A stretch of DNA of 64,000 nucleotides from Candidatus Latescibacterota bacterium (GTDB lineage: Bacteria; Latescibacterota; UBA2968; UBA8231), in the NCBI GenBank assembly GCA_965217585.1, contig OZ244561.1, positions 1,216,001-1,280,000 of the forward strand, given 5' to 3'. A program made the translations under genes and the position numbers. The notes beneath the pieces were generated by a model that did no database searches, was not told the origin of the DNA, and worked only from the letters and a program-made list of their open reading frames with translations. This document shows, one piece after another, positions 48,429-58,283 of the stretch. Positions within the stretch are counted from its first letter, which is position 1. Each line of letters starts with the position of its first letter.

Positions 48429-49486
48429 GGCATTTTCCCCGACAATTGTTTCAGCAAGACATCTCGCTCCGTTTGGACGCGCGCGGCGACTTTGGCGCGC
48501 TGATTTTGGCGCTGGTACTGAGCAAACGCTTCCCGTGCGGCCTCTTCCTCGCCCAGCAGTCCGTAGAGCTTGCTCAGGAAGAAATGCACCCGATAGTCGC
48601 TCGGGGTGGTCTCAGCCAGCGCGGCGACACAGACGAGGGCCTCTTGGTAGCGCCCCTGCCAGAAGAGCAGCTTGCCCAGCCCCCACAAATCGGCGCTTGA
48701 ATCGGGCCTTTCCCCCAGCGCGGCTTCGAGCTGCGCTTCCGCCTTTTGCATGGCTTCCTCCCCGACCAGCCCTTGCTGCCGCCACCAGCCTTCCGCCCTT
48801 GCGCGGCCCAGCTCGCCGCTGAGGCGGGCCATCTCAATGAGGAGATCCGCCAGCCCCAAGGCCGCTTGCCGCGCATAGGGCTTTTGGCCCAACAGCTCGA
48901 CGTAGGCCGCAATCGCTGGTTCGGCCCGGCCTTCGGCCTCGTAAATGCGTGCTAGCTGGTACCGGGCTCGGCTGCTGTCGGGACACAGCACCAGCAAATC
49001 GCCATAGGACTGGGCTGCACTCTGCAAGTCGCCACTCAGGCTCTGTGCGTCGCCTAGGCGACCGAGCAACGCAGCGGGATCGCCACCTTGGTCCAGCAAG
49101 GTCCGATAGAGACTGGCGGCTGCGACCGACTGCCCGGCATCTACATAGCGGGCCGCCAGCAACTCCTGCGCTCTACTTTCTCCAGGCCAGCGCTCCAACA
49201 GCTCGCGGTACACAGCAATAGCCTTGCCGTGCTCGTCCTTTTCGCCATAGAGCGCTCCGAGCGCGTAATAGGCGGCGGGAAAATCGACCCCTGCCGCGAC
49301 CGCACTCCTGTACTCGCGCAGGGCGTTGGCCTTCATGCCCTGCTCTTGGTATGTGTGGCCCAACCAGTAGTGTTGCTCCCCTGGCGATTTCCCATCGCAC
49401 GCACTGAGACCGATACTGAGCGCGATTAAGACCGCGGCCTTTGGCCAGACGAGCGCGAGGCCGCAAGCTATGGCTAGCCGGTGCAT
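48425..49486 (-). CDS. TPR-repeat lipoprotein
   Basis: LSAC lipobox; repeated TPR helices (AYYALGALY, ARYQLARIY). Confidence 0.85.
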   Translation of the reverse strand: MHRLAIACGLALVWPKAAVLIALSIGLSACDGKSPGEQHYWLGHTYQEQGMKANALREYRSAVAAGVDFPAAYYALGALYGEKDEHGKAIAVYRELLERWPGESRAQELLAARYVDAGQSVAAASLYRTLLDQGGDPAALLGRLGDAQSLSGDLQSAAQSYGDLLVLCPDSSRARYQLARIYEAEGRAEPAIAAYVELLGQKPYARQAALGLADLLIEMARLSGELGRARAEGWWRQQGLVGEEAMQKAEAQLEAALGERPDSSADLWGLGKLLFWQGRYQEALVCVAALAETTPSDYRVHFFLSKLYGLLGEEEAAREAFAQYQRQNQRAKVAARVQTERDVLLKQLSGKMP

Positions 49487-52150
49487 CTAGTTCAGCCCCG
49501 CGTAAATCGTCACAAAGGATTCGTTGGTCGTCCGCGCCTGCTGCCCAGTGAACTGCTTGCGCTCTACTTTCATGCCGGTCAGGGCGCGGAGCTTGTAGCC
49601 GAGATAGTTGGATTCATTGCTGAACTGGACGGCTATGGTCACCGCGTCGAAATCGTTGGCGTCGGCGTCGAAATCGTTGAAGATCGCATACTCCACCCCG
49701 GCCTGGAGCTTGGTCACCTGCAAGACCTGCGTCTCCACCAAGCCCGAAAACAGCTCCAGCAGGCTGGTGTGGCTATTGAGTGAGAGCAAGCTGCGGCTCT
49801 GCTTGCGCAGCTCGCTTTTCCAACGCGGCTCCAAAGACCACGCCCCGAGTTGGAAGCGATAACTCGCTTTGTTGATCAGGCCGAAAAAAAAGTCAGACGG
49901 CGCCAAGCCGTACTGCTGCCGCTGGGCCTTTTCCATCTGCTGATGGAAGTAGAGCCAGTGCATCTTAGTGGTCAAAAAGAGCGCCGCCACCTGTAGATTG
50001 TGGCCGACAAAAAGCTGGTTGACCCAAGTGTCGCGCGCCAACAGCGGATCCTCGACCTTGGTCAGCTCGCCGCCGCGCAGCGTATTGTCCGGCGCCCACT
50101 GCAACAACGGGTTGGGAATGTCGTCCTGGACCAACTTGCTCATCTCGAACACCCGGAAGCGACCCAGCCGCGACTCATCGCGCTCGTAGGTGAACATCAG
50201 ATAGTTGCTCTCGTTTTTGCGCGCCGAGGAAATCAGCCCCTCGCGCAGTGCGCCCACCACCAAGCGCGCTCGCGGCGTGATGTCGGCCCCGAGGTGGATG
50301 TTGAATCCCCGGTGATCCCGGCGATACGGATAATCCGGCTCCTCGTCGTTTTCGTATTGATCGACCCAAAAGTTGTTGTTCATATCGACGCCAAAGAGAA
50401 ACTCGGGCCGATCGACGTAAAACCGCAGAAAAGCCTCCTCGTAGTCCGGCTCGGTATTCGAGCGCACGAACGTGTCGTTTTGGTTGAAGTCGGGCACGAA
50501 GTCATTGTTTTGATCCCAACCCGGAAAGACCTGCAAATCGCCGCTGAGAAAGTCGAAGCGCACGTTGTCCGGGAATTTGTCCTGATCGTCGTTGTCATCG
50601 ACCAAATCGACCAAGCCGCGCTCGTTGTCGTAGTCGAAGTCTCCGGTGCCCGAGGTGATAAAGGTCTGGGTGTTGTAGCGCGGATCCATGCTGTAAAACT
50701 CGCCAAAGGCGAAGTAGGGGGCGGCCTTTTTGGACACGTTGACCATCCAAGCGGGTGCCGAGGGCCGGCCGCCAATCCCCGAGAATGCCTCGTGGGTCTC
50801 CTTGAGCACGTTGGGGTACTTCCGGTAGCTCCAACTCAGGTCGTACTCGCCGTACACGTCGAAGCCCCGCAGGTCCTGCAACTCGACGCTGCCGCCAAAG
50901 ATGTGGGTCGCCGTGGGCAGGCCGTACTCGAAGCGAATGGTCTGCAAATTGGTGATGTCCTGGACATTGCCCTCGGCCTGCGCGACCAGCAGCAAGACCT
51001 CCTGGCCATCGAGGTTGATCTGGCGGTCCGAAGTCATCCAGACCTGGTAGTCGTTGCCCAGCGTCAGCAGGAATTCGACTTTGGCGATTTCGTCCTTGGC
51101 AAAACGGGCCCGATCGACAAAGTCCGGGCTGTCGAAGTCGTACACCAGCCGCATCTCCTCCGGCCCGTTGGCCGCGACAAAGCCCTGCTGCAAGAAGCCG
51201 CCTTCGATGACCGGCTCAAAGCCAATGGCCTTGCCCGATTCCGCCGAGCCATCGCGATAGGTGATCTGCACGTCCGACGCATCGGGAAAAAACGCCGCGC
51301 CGCCCACGCCGTCTTCGGGCGAGTCGTCGCGCAGCACCAGCTTGACCAGCGAGATGGTTTTGTTTTGCCCGATGGTCAGCGAGCCGGCGAATGGGTTGCC
51401 AGCCTGCTTGTCGAGCAAGGTGTGCGACTGGTGGGCGTTGGCCATGTGTAGCGCAACTTCCGCAAAGTCGCCGAGCTGGACCCCCAACCGCCCGCCCGCC
51501 AAGATGGTGTTGTTGGTCCGCAGCACTTCGCGGTCCCCAGTCGAGCCGCCGCCTGGATTACTCAGCCGCGAAAACAAAAAGGTGGCTTCGTAGCGGTCGG
51601 TAGCCAGATCGAACTGCACGCCGTCCATGCGGGCCTTGGCAAACACCATCGGCGACAGCACCGAGCGCAGGCGGCTACTCGCCGTCAAGGTGTAGAAGTA
51701 TTGGCCCTTGTTGTCTTGGGCCACCACGACTTCGGAAAACCAGCTCTGGAAGCGGGAGGACTTGAACAGCACGTTGCCAAACTGCTGGGGCTTGCTCTGC
51801 GAGTTGTTGAAAATCAGCCAGCCACGGGTGAGGAAATTGCCGTACAGATCGTAGAAGTAATCGCCCTCCAAGGTTGTTTCCACGTAGCGCGCATACGGAT
51901 TGCGCGCATAGTTGGTGTATTCCCACTGCCGCCATTGGTACTCGCTGTACAGCTCCTGCGGCACGTACCAGCGGCGCACCGCCGGGTCGAGCGCGTTCAG
52001 AGACACCCCGGGGCCTTGGGGCGCGAGACTAGTCTGGTCGCCGAGCTGCAAGCCCAAGCGCGTCCCGTACTGGCCCTGTGCAACGGTTGGCGCGCCGACC
52101 GCGCTCCACAACATTAAGAGACCGCAATACAATCCGGTCTTTGGTCTCAC
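49487..52150 (-). CDS. Large (~887 aa) putative outer-membrane protein, paralog 2
   Basis: GTG start after aaggagg; collinear with 41564-44290 (ALDPAxRRWYVPQ, LEGDYFYDLYGN, RPEFLFGVDMN); ends VTIYAGLN. Confidence 0.72.
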   Translation of the reverse strand: MRPKTGLYCGLLMLWSAVGAPTVAQGQYGTRLGLQLGDQTSLAPQGPGVSLNALDPAVRRWYVPQELYSEYQWRQWEYTNYARNPYARYVETTLEGDYFYDLYGNFLTRGWLIFNNSQSKPQQFGNVLFKSSRFQSWFSEVVVAQDNKGQYFYTLTASSRLRSVLSPMVFAKARMDGVQFDLATDRYEATFLFSRLSNPGGGSTGDREVLRTNNTILAGGRLGVQLGDFAEVALHMANAHQSHTLLDKQAGNPFAGSLTIGQNKTISLVKLVLRDDSPEDGVGGAAFFPDASDVQITYRDGSAESGKAIGFEPVIEGGFLQQGFVAANGPEEMRLVYDFDSPDFVDRARFAKDEIAKVEFLLTLGNDYQVWMTSDRQINLDGQEVLLLVAQAEGNVQDITNLQTIRFEYGLPTATHIFGGSVELQDLRGFDVYGEYDLSWSYRKYPNVLKETHEAFSGIGGRPSAPAWMVNVSKKAAPYFAFGEFYSMDPRYNTQTFITSGTGDFDYDNERGLVDLVDDNDDQDKFPDNVRFDFLSGDLQVFPGWDQNNDFVPDFNQNDTFVRSNTEPDYEEAFLRFYVDRPEFLFGVDMNNNFWVDQYENDEEPDYPYRRDHRGFNIHLGADITPRARLVVGALREGLISSARKNESNYLMFTYERDESRLGRFRVFEMSKLVQDDIPNPLLQWAPDNTLRGGELTKVEDPLLARDTWVNQLFVGHNLQVAALFLTTKMHWLYFHQQMEKAQRQQYGLAPSDFFFGLINKASYRFQLGAWSLEPRWKSELRKQSRSLLSLNSHTSLLELFSGLVETQVLQVTKLQAGVEYAIFNDFDADANDFDAVTIAVQFSNESNYLGYKLRALTGMKVERKQFTGQQARTTNESFVTIYAGLN

Positions 52151-52181
52151 GACAACCTCCTTTGGTAGGGGCGACCGGCCG

Positions 52182-52273
52182 GTCACCCCCACATTAATAT
52201 GCAACATCTACCAGCCACTGCGACGGACGGGGCGCGGCATCAATCGGCCGTCACCCCCACATTAATATGCAAC
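52182..52273. repeat. 24-bp perfect direct repeat overlapping a GTAG-type REP
   Basis: gtcacccccacattaatatgcaac at 52182-52205 and 52250-52273; gtaggggcgaccggccggtcacccccac. Confidence 0.75.
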
Positions 52274-55200
52274 GGCGATGAGGCGGGTGCGGGTCGTCCC
52301 TCCGACCCCTTCTGCATCCGCCTCCACTGTGATCTGACACAAGTACAACCCCGGCGACACCACCTGCCCGGCCTCGTCCTTCCCGTCCCACCTAAACTGC
52401 TGCGGCCCGCCAGTCGCCAGCCCCGCTAGCTGCCGCACCCGCCGTCCGGCCAGCGTATATAGATGAATGGTCAACGGCCGTGCGACCTGGACGCGGAACA
52501 GGGAAAAGTCGATCTCCGCAGTCTCGTTGATCCCGTCGCCATTGGGAGTAAACGGATTGGGCGCGATGGCAATATCGTCGATGGTGGCCCGCGCCCCTTG
52601 CGCGCCAATCGACAGGCTCTTGGACGGACTCAAGGCGGTCGCGTCGCCTCCGTCGGCCACCTGCCAAGGCGTCGCCGGCTGGCTCTGCCGCACGGCGACC
52701 TGCATCCGCGTCCCTTGCAGGTACACCCGCCCAGCAAAGCGCACGCGCAACAGCCGGCCGCGACCCACCACCCAGCCGCGCTGACTGCCCAGCCGGCCGT
52801 AACCCCGCTGGTCGAGGCTGTCGCCGGCCGCGTCAAAGGGCACCTGATCGCCCAGCCCGACCACCTTGCGGAAGTAGCGCACCGGCCCCTGCTCGTCCGC
52901 GCTGAGCGCGTCGTAGTCCGCGGCGTCCACTTCGGCCAAGCTGCCGTTTGCCAGCCGCCGGAAGTAGCGCACTGCGCCCCGCTCGGCATCCGGCAAGAGG
53001 CCGTGCGAGGTAAAGGTCAACAGGTTGCGGTCCAATCCGGTGGGCACCTCATCACCGGGGACGACCGACCGGTAGTACACGGGCGTGAGCACGTCGGCCG
53101 GCGAGCCCTGCACGGTCTGCGGGAATTCCAGCCATAGCGAGTCGCCCTCAGCGTGTACCGTTAGCTCGTCGCCCCACTCGAACGGCGGCTCGGCCAACAG
53201 CTCGGCCTCGGTCCCCATGGCCACATCGACTAGCTTTAGCGCGAATGGCGGCTCCGCATGCAAGAGCAATTGGTCGAAGCCCGGGCTGCGCACAGCGGCC
53301 GGCTGCTGCAAAAAGTTAGGCTGCACGTAGAGTGCGAAGGTGTCGAGCACCCCAGCCGCGGCTGCGGTTGGCCACACTTCGGCCCGCAGGTGCTGGGCCA
53401 CCGGCTGGTGGAACGCGACTGCAATGCGGTGCAGGGCCGGCGCGTTTTGGCCGCTGCTTTTGAGGCGCGCTTGGATCTGCATGAAGCGCCGCAGGCTCGG
53501 CGAAGTAGCCAAGTCCCCAGGCTGCAAGTAGCGCTGGCTCCACGAGCTCCAGCCCGGCCCCACCACCACGGTCGTGTCCGAAGGCCCCTTCAGAAAGCCG
53601 GCCAGCGTCTTGTACTCGGCCGCGGTCTTCTGGTTGCCGGTCTTGTCGAAATAGCGGATCTGCTGCAAAAGCTGGTCGCCGGTGCGGGTGCGAATCTCCA
53701 CATCCGTGCCCGGGGGCGTGCTCGCCTCCCAGCGCACCGCGCCCAAGCCTACCAACCCCGGCAACTCGATCAGATCCGACTCCAGCACCACCTCGGCCGG
53801 CGGACCTTCGGCGAGCAGCATGAGCTCATGATGATACGACCAGAACTGGTTCATGTGGCCGGTGCCGCCCGGGCCGGTGGCCCTAAATCCCGGGGGCACG
53901 TGGCCGATGGTGACCATGTCGAGGAAGCGGGTCAAAACTGGTGGGTCCTGAATGTCGGCGATGTCGCGAAAGTTGCCGGTGAACACATTGCGCTCGCGTT
54001 CCTCCGGGCTGATGCGCTGCCACTTGAGATTGCCCTGAGCGTCGCGCTCGCCCGTGGAGGCGCGCATGATGTAGCCCCGGCTACTGCCCACTAAGCGGGT
54101 CTGAGCCAAGCGCACAATGCCTCCCATATCTATGGTCAGTACGTTGGCGGTGGGGTTTTTCGGATTGCGGATCTGGTGTGAAAATCCAGTGCTGGCGGCG
54201 CCGTCGAACGCAAGCAGCGTATTGGTCCCATCGGTCGTCAGCACGTACGAGCCGCCGTTTTCAATCAGGTTGATCGCCAAGTTGTCGCCCCAGCCGTGCG
54301 CTTCGACCTCAGCTAGGCGCGGCAGCTCGCGGCGGTAGTAATCCCTTCGCCCCTGGCGCTGCTCTTCTAGAGCCTGATAGGTGGCCTCGTCCACCGGCTC
54401 CTCGCGGCCAGCCACGTCGCGCGCAAAATAGACGATATCCCCGCGCTCTGCTTCCGGCAGGGCCTCCCATGCCTCCTGCGCAATCTGTTCGGCCCGGCCG
54501 CCGCGCGTATCCGTGATGACAATGCGGATCGTCTCGATCTTCCGCCCGGTCCACTCGGGCGAGCGGCGCAAGCTCTCCGCAAGCTGCTTGTCGCTGACCA
54601 CGCCAGTGGCCGGGGGGAGTTCGGGGCTGGTGTGCTCGCTCTCAAAGATGTATTCGCGCTGCGTGGTATTGGGCGCGTCTTGCGGGATGAAGAGCTGGAA
54701 TCCAATGCGGCTATTCGGCTCGTGCAAAAGCGCGCTCTGCCGGTCCGACAGCAGCATAATGAAGCGCAGGAAGGGATCCCCGCGCGACTCATCGACGAAC
54801 TGGAGCTTGAGCCGTTCCACCGGCACCACCCTCCCCAGATCCACCTCGATCCACCACTGCTCGATGGGGTCGCGCGGGTCCGGCTCCCAGTACGTGGTGG
54901 GGTCGCCGTCGAGAATGTTGGCCGCGAGCTGCGGATTGGACCCCACTCGGCTGATGCCGGGCCGCACCCAATAGTCGAAGACCAACTCGTTGAGCGTATT
55001 TCGTATCGGCTCGCCAAACACGTCGAACTGCATGGTGCTGTCGATGGTGCCGATGCGCGGATCGGGCTTGCTGATGACGATCGGACGCTTGAATCCGGGA
55101 TCGTCTAGGACGTTGAAGACCGTCCGCAGGGCGTGCGCCCGCACCGAGCCGTCCTCGTGGATGCGCGCCAGATGGGCGGGAATGGACCACTGCTGCCAGT

Positions 55201-55318
55201 GGCTGGCCCGCTCGACTACGACTTCGTCGCCGGCGATCCGATAACCCGATTGGGCCTCGGCCAATGCCCAACTCAGCGTTAGGCCGACGAGGATCTGCAC
55301 GACGGAGTGGCTCTTCAT
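52262..55318 (-). CDS. Large secreted protein with discoidin (F5/8C)-like domains and FlgD Ig-like C-terminus
   Basis: ILDGDPTTYW, WWIEVDLGRVV, PNPFTPNGDGINE, WDGKD..G..VSPGLY. Confidence 0.8.
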   Translation of the reverse strand: MKSHSVVQILVGLTLSWALAEAQSGYRIAGDEVVVERASHWQQWSIPAHLARIHEDGSVRAHALRTVFNVLDDPGFKRPIVISKPDPRIGTIDSTMQFDVFGEPIRNTLNELVFDYWVRPGISRVGSNPQLAANILDGDPTTYWEPDPRDPIEQWWIEVDLGRVVPVERLKLQFVDESRGDPFLRFIMLLSDRQSALLHEPNSRIGFQLFIPQDAPNTTQREYIFESEHTSPELPPATGVVSDKQLAESLRRSPEWTGRKIETIRIVITDTRGGRAEQIAQEAWEALPEAERGDIVYFARDVAGREEPVDEATYQALEEQRQGRRDYYRRELPRLAEVEAHGWGDNLAINLIENGGSYVLTTDGTNTLLAFDGAASTGFSHQIRNPKNPTANVLTIDMGGIVRLAQTRLVGSSRGYIMRASTGERDAQGNLKWQRISPEERERNVFTGNFRDIADIQDPPVLTRFLDMVTIGHVPPGFRATGPGGTGHMNQFWSYHHELMLLAEGPPAEVVLESDLIELPGLVGLGAVRWEASTPPGTDVEIRTRTGDQLLQQIRYFDKTGNQKTAAEYKTLAGFLKGPSDTTVVVGPGWSSWSQRYLQPGDLATSPSLRRFMQIQARLKSSGQNAPALHRIAVAFHQPVAQHLRAEVWPTAAAAGVLDTFALYVQPNFLQQPAAVRSPGFDQLLLHAEPPFALKLVDVAMGTEAELLAEPPFEWGDELTVHAEGDSLWLEFPQTVQGSPADVLTPVYYRSVVPGDEVPTGLDRNLLTFTSHGLLPDAERGAVRYFRRLANGSLAEVDAADYDALSADEQGPVRYFRKVVGLGDQVPFDAAGDSLDQRGYGRLGSQRGWVVGRGRLLRVRFAGRVYLQGTRMQVAVRQSQPATPWQVADGGDATALSPSKSLSIGAQGARATIDDIAIAPNPFTPNGDGINETAEIDFSLFRVQVARPLTIHLYTLAGRRVRQLAGLATGGPQQFRWDGKDEAGQVVSPGLYLCQITVEADAEGVGGTTRTRLIAVAY

Positions 55319-55446
55319 GGTTCCGCGTTCTCCCTCACTCGCCAGCGGCCCGCCCTTGCCGCGGCGCTTGCTGCATAAGTGGATGCAAAAACTATTAGGT
55401 AGGGCCAAAATCTAGGGCTGTCAAGGTGGCTGCGGCCCGCTAACCG

Positions 55447-57075
55447 CTACCAATCCACCAAGACGGCGACTTGGTCTTTGTATTTGTCCTGCAACTGGCG
55501 GATAAACGCGCCGATCCGCTGGTTTTCCCGCTGGCGGCGCAAGCTCGCGGCCGCCCGGCGGCGCGCCTCGGCAAAGGGCTGGATCTGGCCGCCCTCCCGC
55601 CGCAGCACCCGGAACACCGCGTACCCTTCCATGCTCTCTAGCGGGCCGACGAGCGCACCGACCTCAGCGGCAAAGGCCGCTTTTACCAGTTCGGGGTAGC
55701 GCGGCTCGTACAGGCGCAGTAGGCGCGTCTCCCAGCCGTGCTCGCGCACCCCGTGCCCCTCGACGCCAGCGTGCGAGCGCACTCCGGGCCGGTCGAGCAG
55801 GTCGGCGATGGGCACGCCAGCCTCCCACTCGGCGCGCAAAGCCGCAGCATCCTCTTCCCCAGCGGTCCACAACTCGTGAACGACCACGGCCTCCTGGGTG
55901 CGGTAGCGGTCCTTGTGGGCCTCGTAATGCGCTCTAATCTCGTCCTCGCTGGGCGCGGCCCCGGCCGTGGCCCGTTGGAAGAGCTGATTGAGGATCAGTG
56001 CCCGGCGCTGGTGCTCGCTCCACTCGACAAAGGCCGTCGCCTCGGTCCAGCCGCGCTGGCGGGCCTCGGCCTCAAAGAGCCGCACCGGCAGCAGTAAGCG
56101 CCCGATCCGCTCGGCGGCCTCGTCCTGCAATAGGCCCTGTGCCCCAACCGCTTGCAGGCTGCCCAACCCCTCGGCCACGCTAATCGCGCCGCCCTCGTAT
56201 GTATAAAAGGGATGATTCAACTCGTCCGTCGTCAGGGGTCGATCCGAGCGCCGGAGCAAGATGGCCTCGCCCTCTGGATCTAGGCGCACGTCGTAGCGGA
56301 GGCGGAGGCGTTCAAACTCCTCCTCTTCCTTCTCCCGCGTCCGTTCCTTGCGCAGCCGCTCGGCAACTTCCGCGCTGTAGTCGGCGAGCGCGGTCGGGCG
56401 ATCCTCGACAAAGCGAAAGACCTGATACCCGCCGGCCAGCGCGACCGGCTCGGCCACTTGCTCGACGGGTAAACTCACAAAGACGGGGGGCGGAATGGAG
56501 AACCGCCGCGCGGCTTGCGTGCGCCCAATCCAGCCGACCACGCCGTCGCCTTGCGAGGCGAAGAGATCGTTGGCGGCAAAGCGCGCAGCCACTTGCTCAA
56601 AGGGCTGGCCTGCGCGCAGGTCGCGTCCGACCACCTCTAGCTCCTCGCGGGTGCGCACCAAGATGCGACTGAAGAGCCGCTCGCGGTCAAACCCCATCTC
56701 CGCGAATGCGCGCTCGATGTCGGCGGCTGTGATCTTCACCTGCGGCACAATGACTTGGGCGCGGTAGCGCTCCACGAGGCGCTGCCGCACCATTTCGCGG
56801 AGCTGGTGCTCAACCGCCAAGCTGGTGTCGATCCCGAGCGCACGCGCCTCGGCGAACATCAGCTCCTCGTCGATCATCGACTGCAAATGCTCTCGATCGG
56901 CCGCGCGTCCTTCCTTGGGGCTGCGCAACCCCGGCGGCAGGCGCTCGACAAAAGCCGCCAACTCCGCCTGCCCAATCTCCACCTCGCCGACTCGGGCGAC
57001 GATGGTCTCGTCCTCGCCGCACCCTACCAACAACAGGGCCAGCGCACCCCAAAACCTACTCGATAAATAGCGCAT
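55447..57075 (-). CDS. Parvulin/PpiC-type PPIase lipoprotein (SurA/PrsA-like, two domains)
   Basis: LVGC lipobox, IVARVG, FEQVAARF, GVVGW, AFAAEVGALVGPL. Confidence 0.85.
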   Translation of the reverse strand: MRYLSSRFWGALALLLVGCGEDETIVARVGEVEIGQAELAAFVERLPPGLRSPKEGRAADREHLQSMIDEELMFAEARALGIDTSLAVEHQLREMVRQRLVERYRAQVIVPQVKITAADIERAFAEMGFDRERLFSRILVRTREELEVVGRDLRAGQPFEQVAARFAANDLFASQGDGVVGWIGRTQAARRFSIPPPVFVSLPVEQVAEPVALAGGYQVFRFVEDRPTALADYSAEVAERLRKERTREKEEEEFERLRLRYDVRLDPEGEAILLRRSDRPLTTDELNHPFYTYEGGAISVAEGLGSLQAVGAQGLLQDEAAERIGRLLLPVRLFEAEARQRGWTEATAFVEWSEHQRRALILNQLFQRATAGAAPSEDEIRAHYEAHKDRYRTQEAVVVHELWTAGEEDAAALRAEWEAGVPIADLLDRPGVRSHAGVEGHGVREHGWETRLLRLYEPRYPELVKAAFAAEVGALVGPLESMEGYAVFRVLRREGGQIQPFAEARRRAAASLRRQRENQRIGAFIRQLQDKYKDQVAVLVDW

Positions 57076-58216
57076 CGACTTCCATCTCTAGGTCTGCATT
57101 CGTGCGTTCAACAGCACCAGCCGCAGCCTCTATAGCTTTGGCGCGATCGCCCGTGGTGCCGTGCGGGCGCACGACCAGCCGATCATCGAGCAGTGCCACC
57201 TGTTCGGTCCCAGCGTAGTCGGACGGGATCTCAAAGAGAAAGGCCGCATAGACTTTGGCGATGGTCTGGCCGGCGTCGAGAAATTCAAAGAGCGGGATAT
57301 CGAAAATTTTCCCCTTGGCCGCTATAGCCGCCGGCGGCAAGGGCAGACTCGTGGTGCCGAATTCAAGTCCCCGGGCCACGGGCTCTCCCGCGTCTGAGTT
57401 GCGCCAGATGTTGAGCCAAGGGTACTCGGACGTTTTCCAGATATAGCCGATGAGCAGGCCCTTGCTCGCCGTGCTAGCCGCGACCCAGCCGTAGTCGCCG
57501 TCGAAGCTATAGCCGGCGTTGGTCGGGTCGTCGTCGCCGCCCAAGTAGCGCATATCGACCTCGTCCCCGCTCGCCAATTTGCGCGCCTCGGGCCAAAATA
57601 CCGCCGGCTCTTCGGGATTGGGCATGGGGCTATAGACCATGTAGCCCTTGCGGGCGTTGGCGTCAACTACCGTGGTCTCGTCGAGAAAGGGCGGGCCAAT
57701 AGTCGGGTGCTGGACCATATTGTACATGCGTCCGAGCGCGCCGGTATTTTCGACCTCTTCGCGCACGGTGAGCAAGGCGCGGTCCTTGGCCAGCCGCAGC
57801 CAACGCCTCACCTCAAAGCCGGCCAGTGGCAAGGTGGCGGCCATCTCGGCCTCGATAAAGCCGCCTCTTTCCTCGGGACCGCGTACGACCCGCCACGGCA
57901 CAGCCGAGGCTTCGCCGTGGCCGGGCATGCCGTTTTCGGCCTCGGCCTCCGAGACCGACGCCCAACGGTCTAAGCAGAGAAAGTGTCCCATCGAACTCGG
58001 CTCTTCTGCGGCTCCTTCCCGCCCCCATGAAAGCGGGTTGACACCCTGGTCCCGCAGGTGGAAATCCGCGATTGAACCGCCCAGCAAATCGACGACGACT
58101 TGAGCTACCTCGCCGTCGAGCACCAAGGTTGGCCGGCCTTTGACCTCGGTCTCCGCTAGGGCTACATTCGCGCCGTATAGTGCTGCCATAAGCAAAAAGA
58201 TCCTTATCATCGCCAT
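57056..58216 (-). CDS. Secreted galactose-mutarotase/aldose-epimerase-like protein
   Basis: GHGEAS..PW, QHPT..PPFL, YPWLNIW, RGLEFGT. Confidence 0.65.
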   Translation of the reverse strand: MAMIRIFLLMAALYGANVALAETEVKGRPTLVLDGEVAQVVVDLLGGSIADFHLRDQGVNPLSWGREGAAEEPSSMGHFLCLDRWASVSEAEAENGMPGHGEASAVPWRVVRGPEERGGFIEAEMAATLPLAGFEVRRWLRLAKDRALLTVREEVENTGALGRMYNMVQHPTIGPPFLDETTVVDANARKGYMVYSPMPNPEEPAVFWPEARKLASGDEVDMRYLGGDDDPTNAGYSFDGDYGWVAASTASKGLLIGYIWKTSEYPWLNIWRNSDAGEPVARGLEFGTTSLPLPPAAIAAKGKIFDIPLFEFLDAGQTIAKVYAAFLFEIPSDYAGTEQVALLDDRLVVRPHGTTGDRAKAIEAAAGAVERTNADLEMEVDALFIE

Positions 58217-58283
58217 ATAGGTCCTTCCTCTATTATTCGGATGTTGCGCACCCTTTGCAAGCGCACGCATTAGCGAGACAAGT

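Noticed and set aside
50000-51451. Long antisense or alternate-frame ORFs (also 4291-5457, 36030-37196, 47914-48822)
   Set aside because: Shadow ORFs of high-GC genes with no family motifs.
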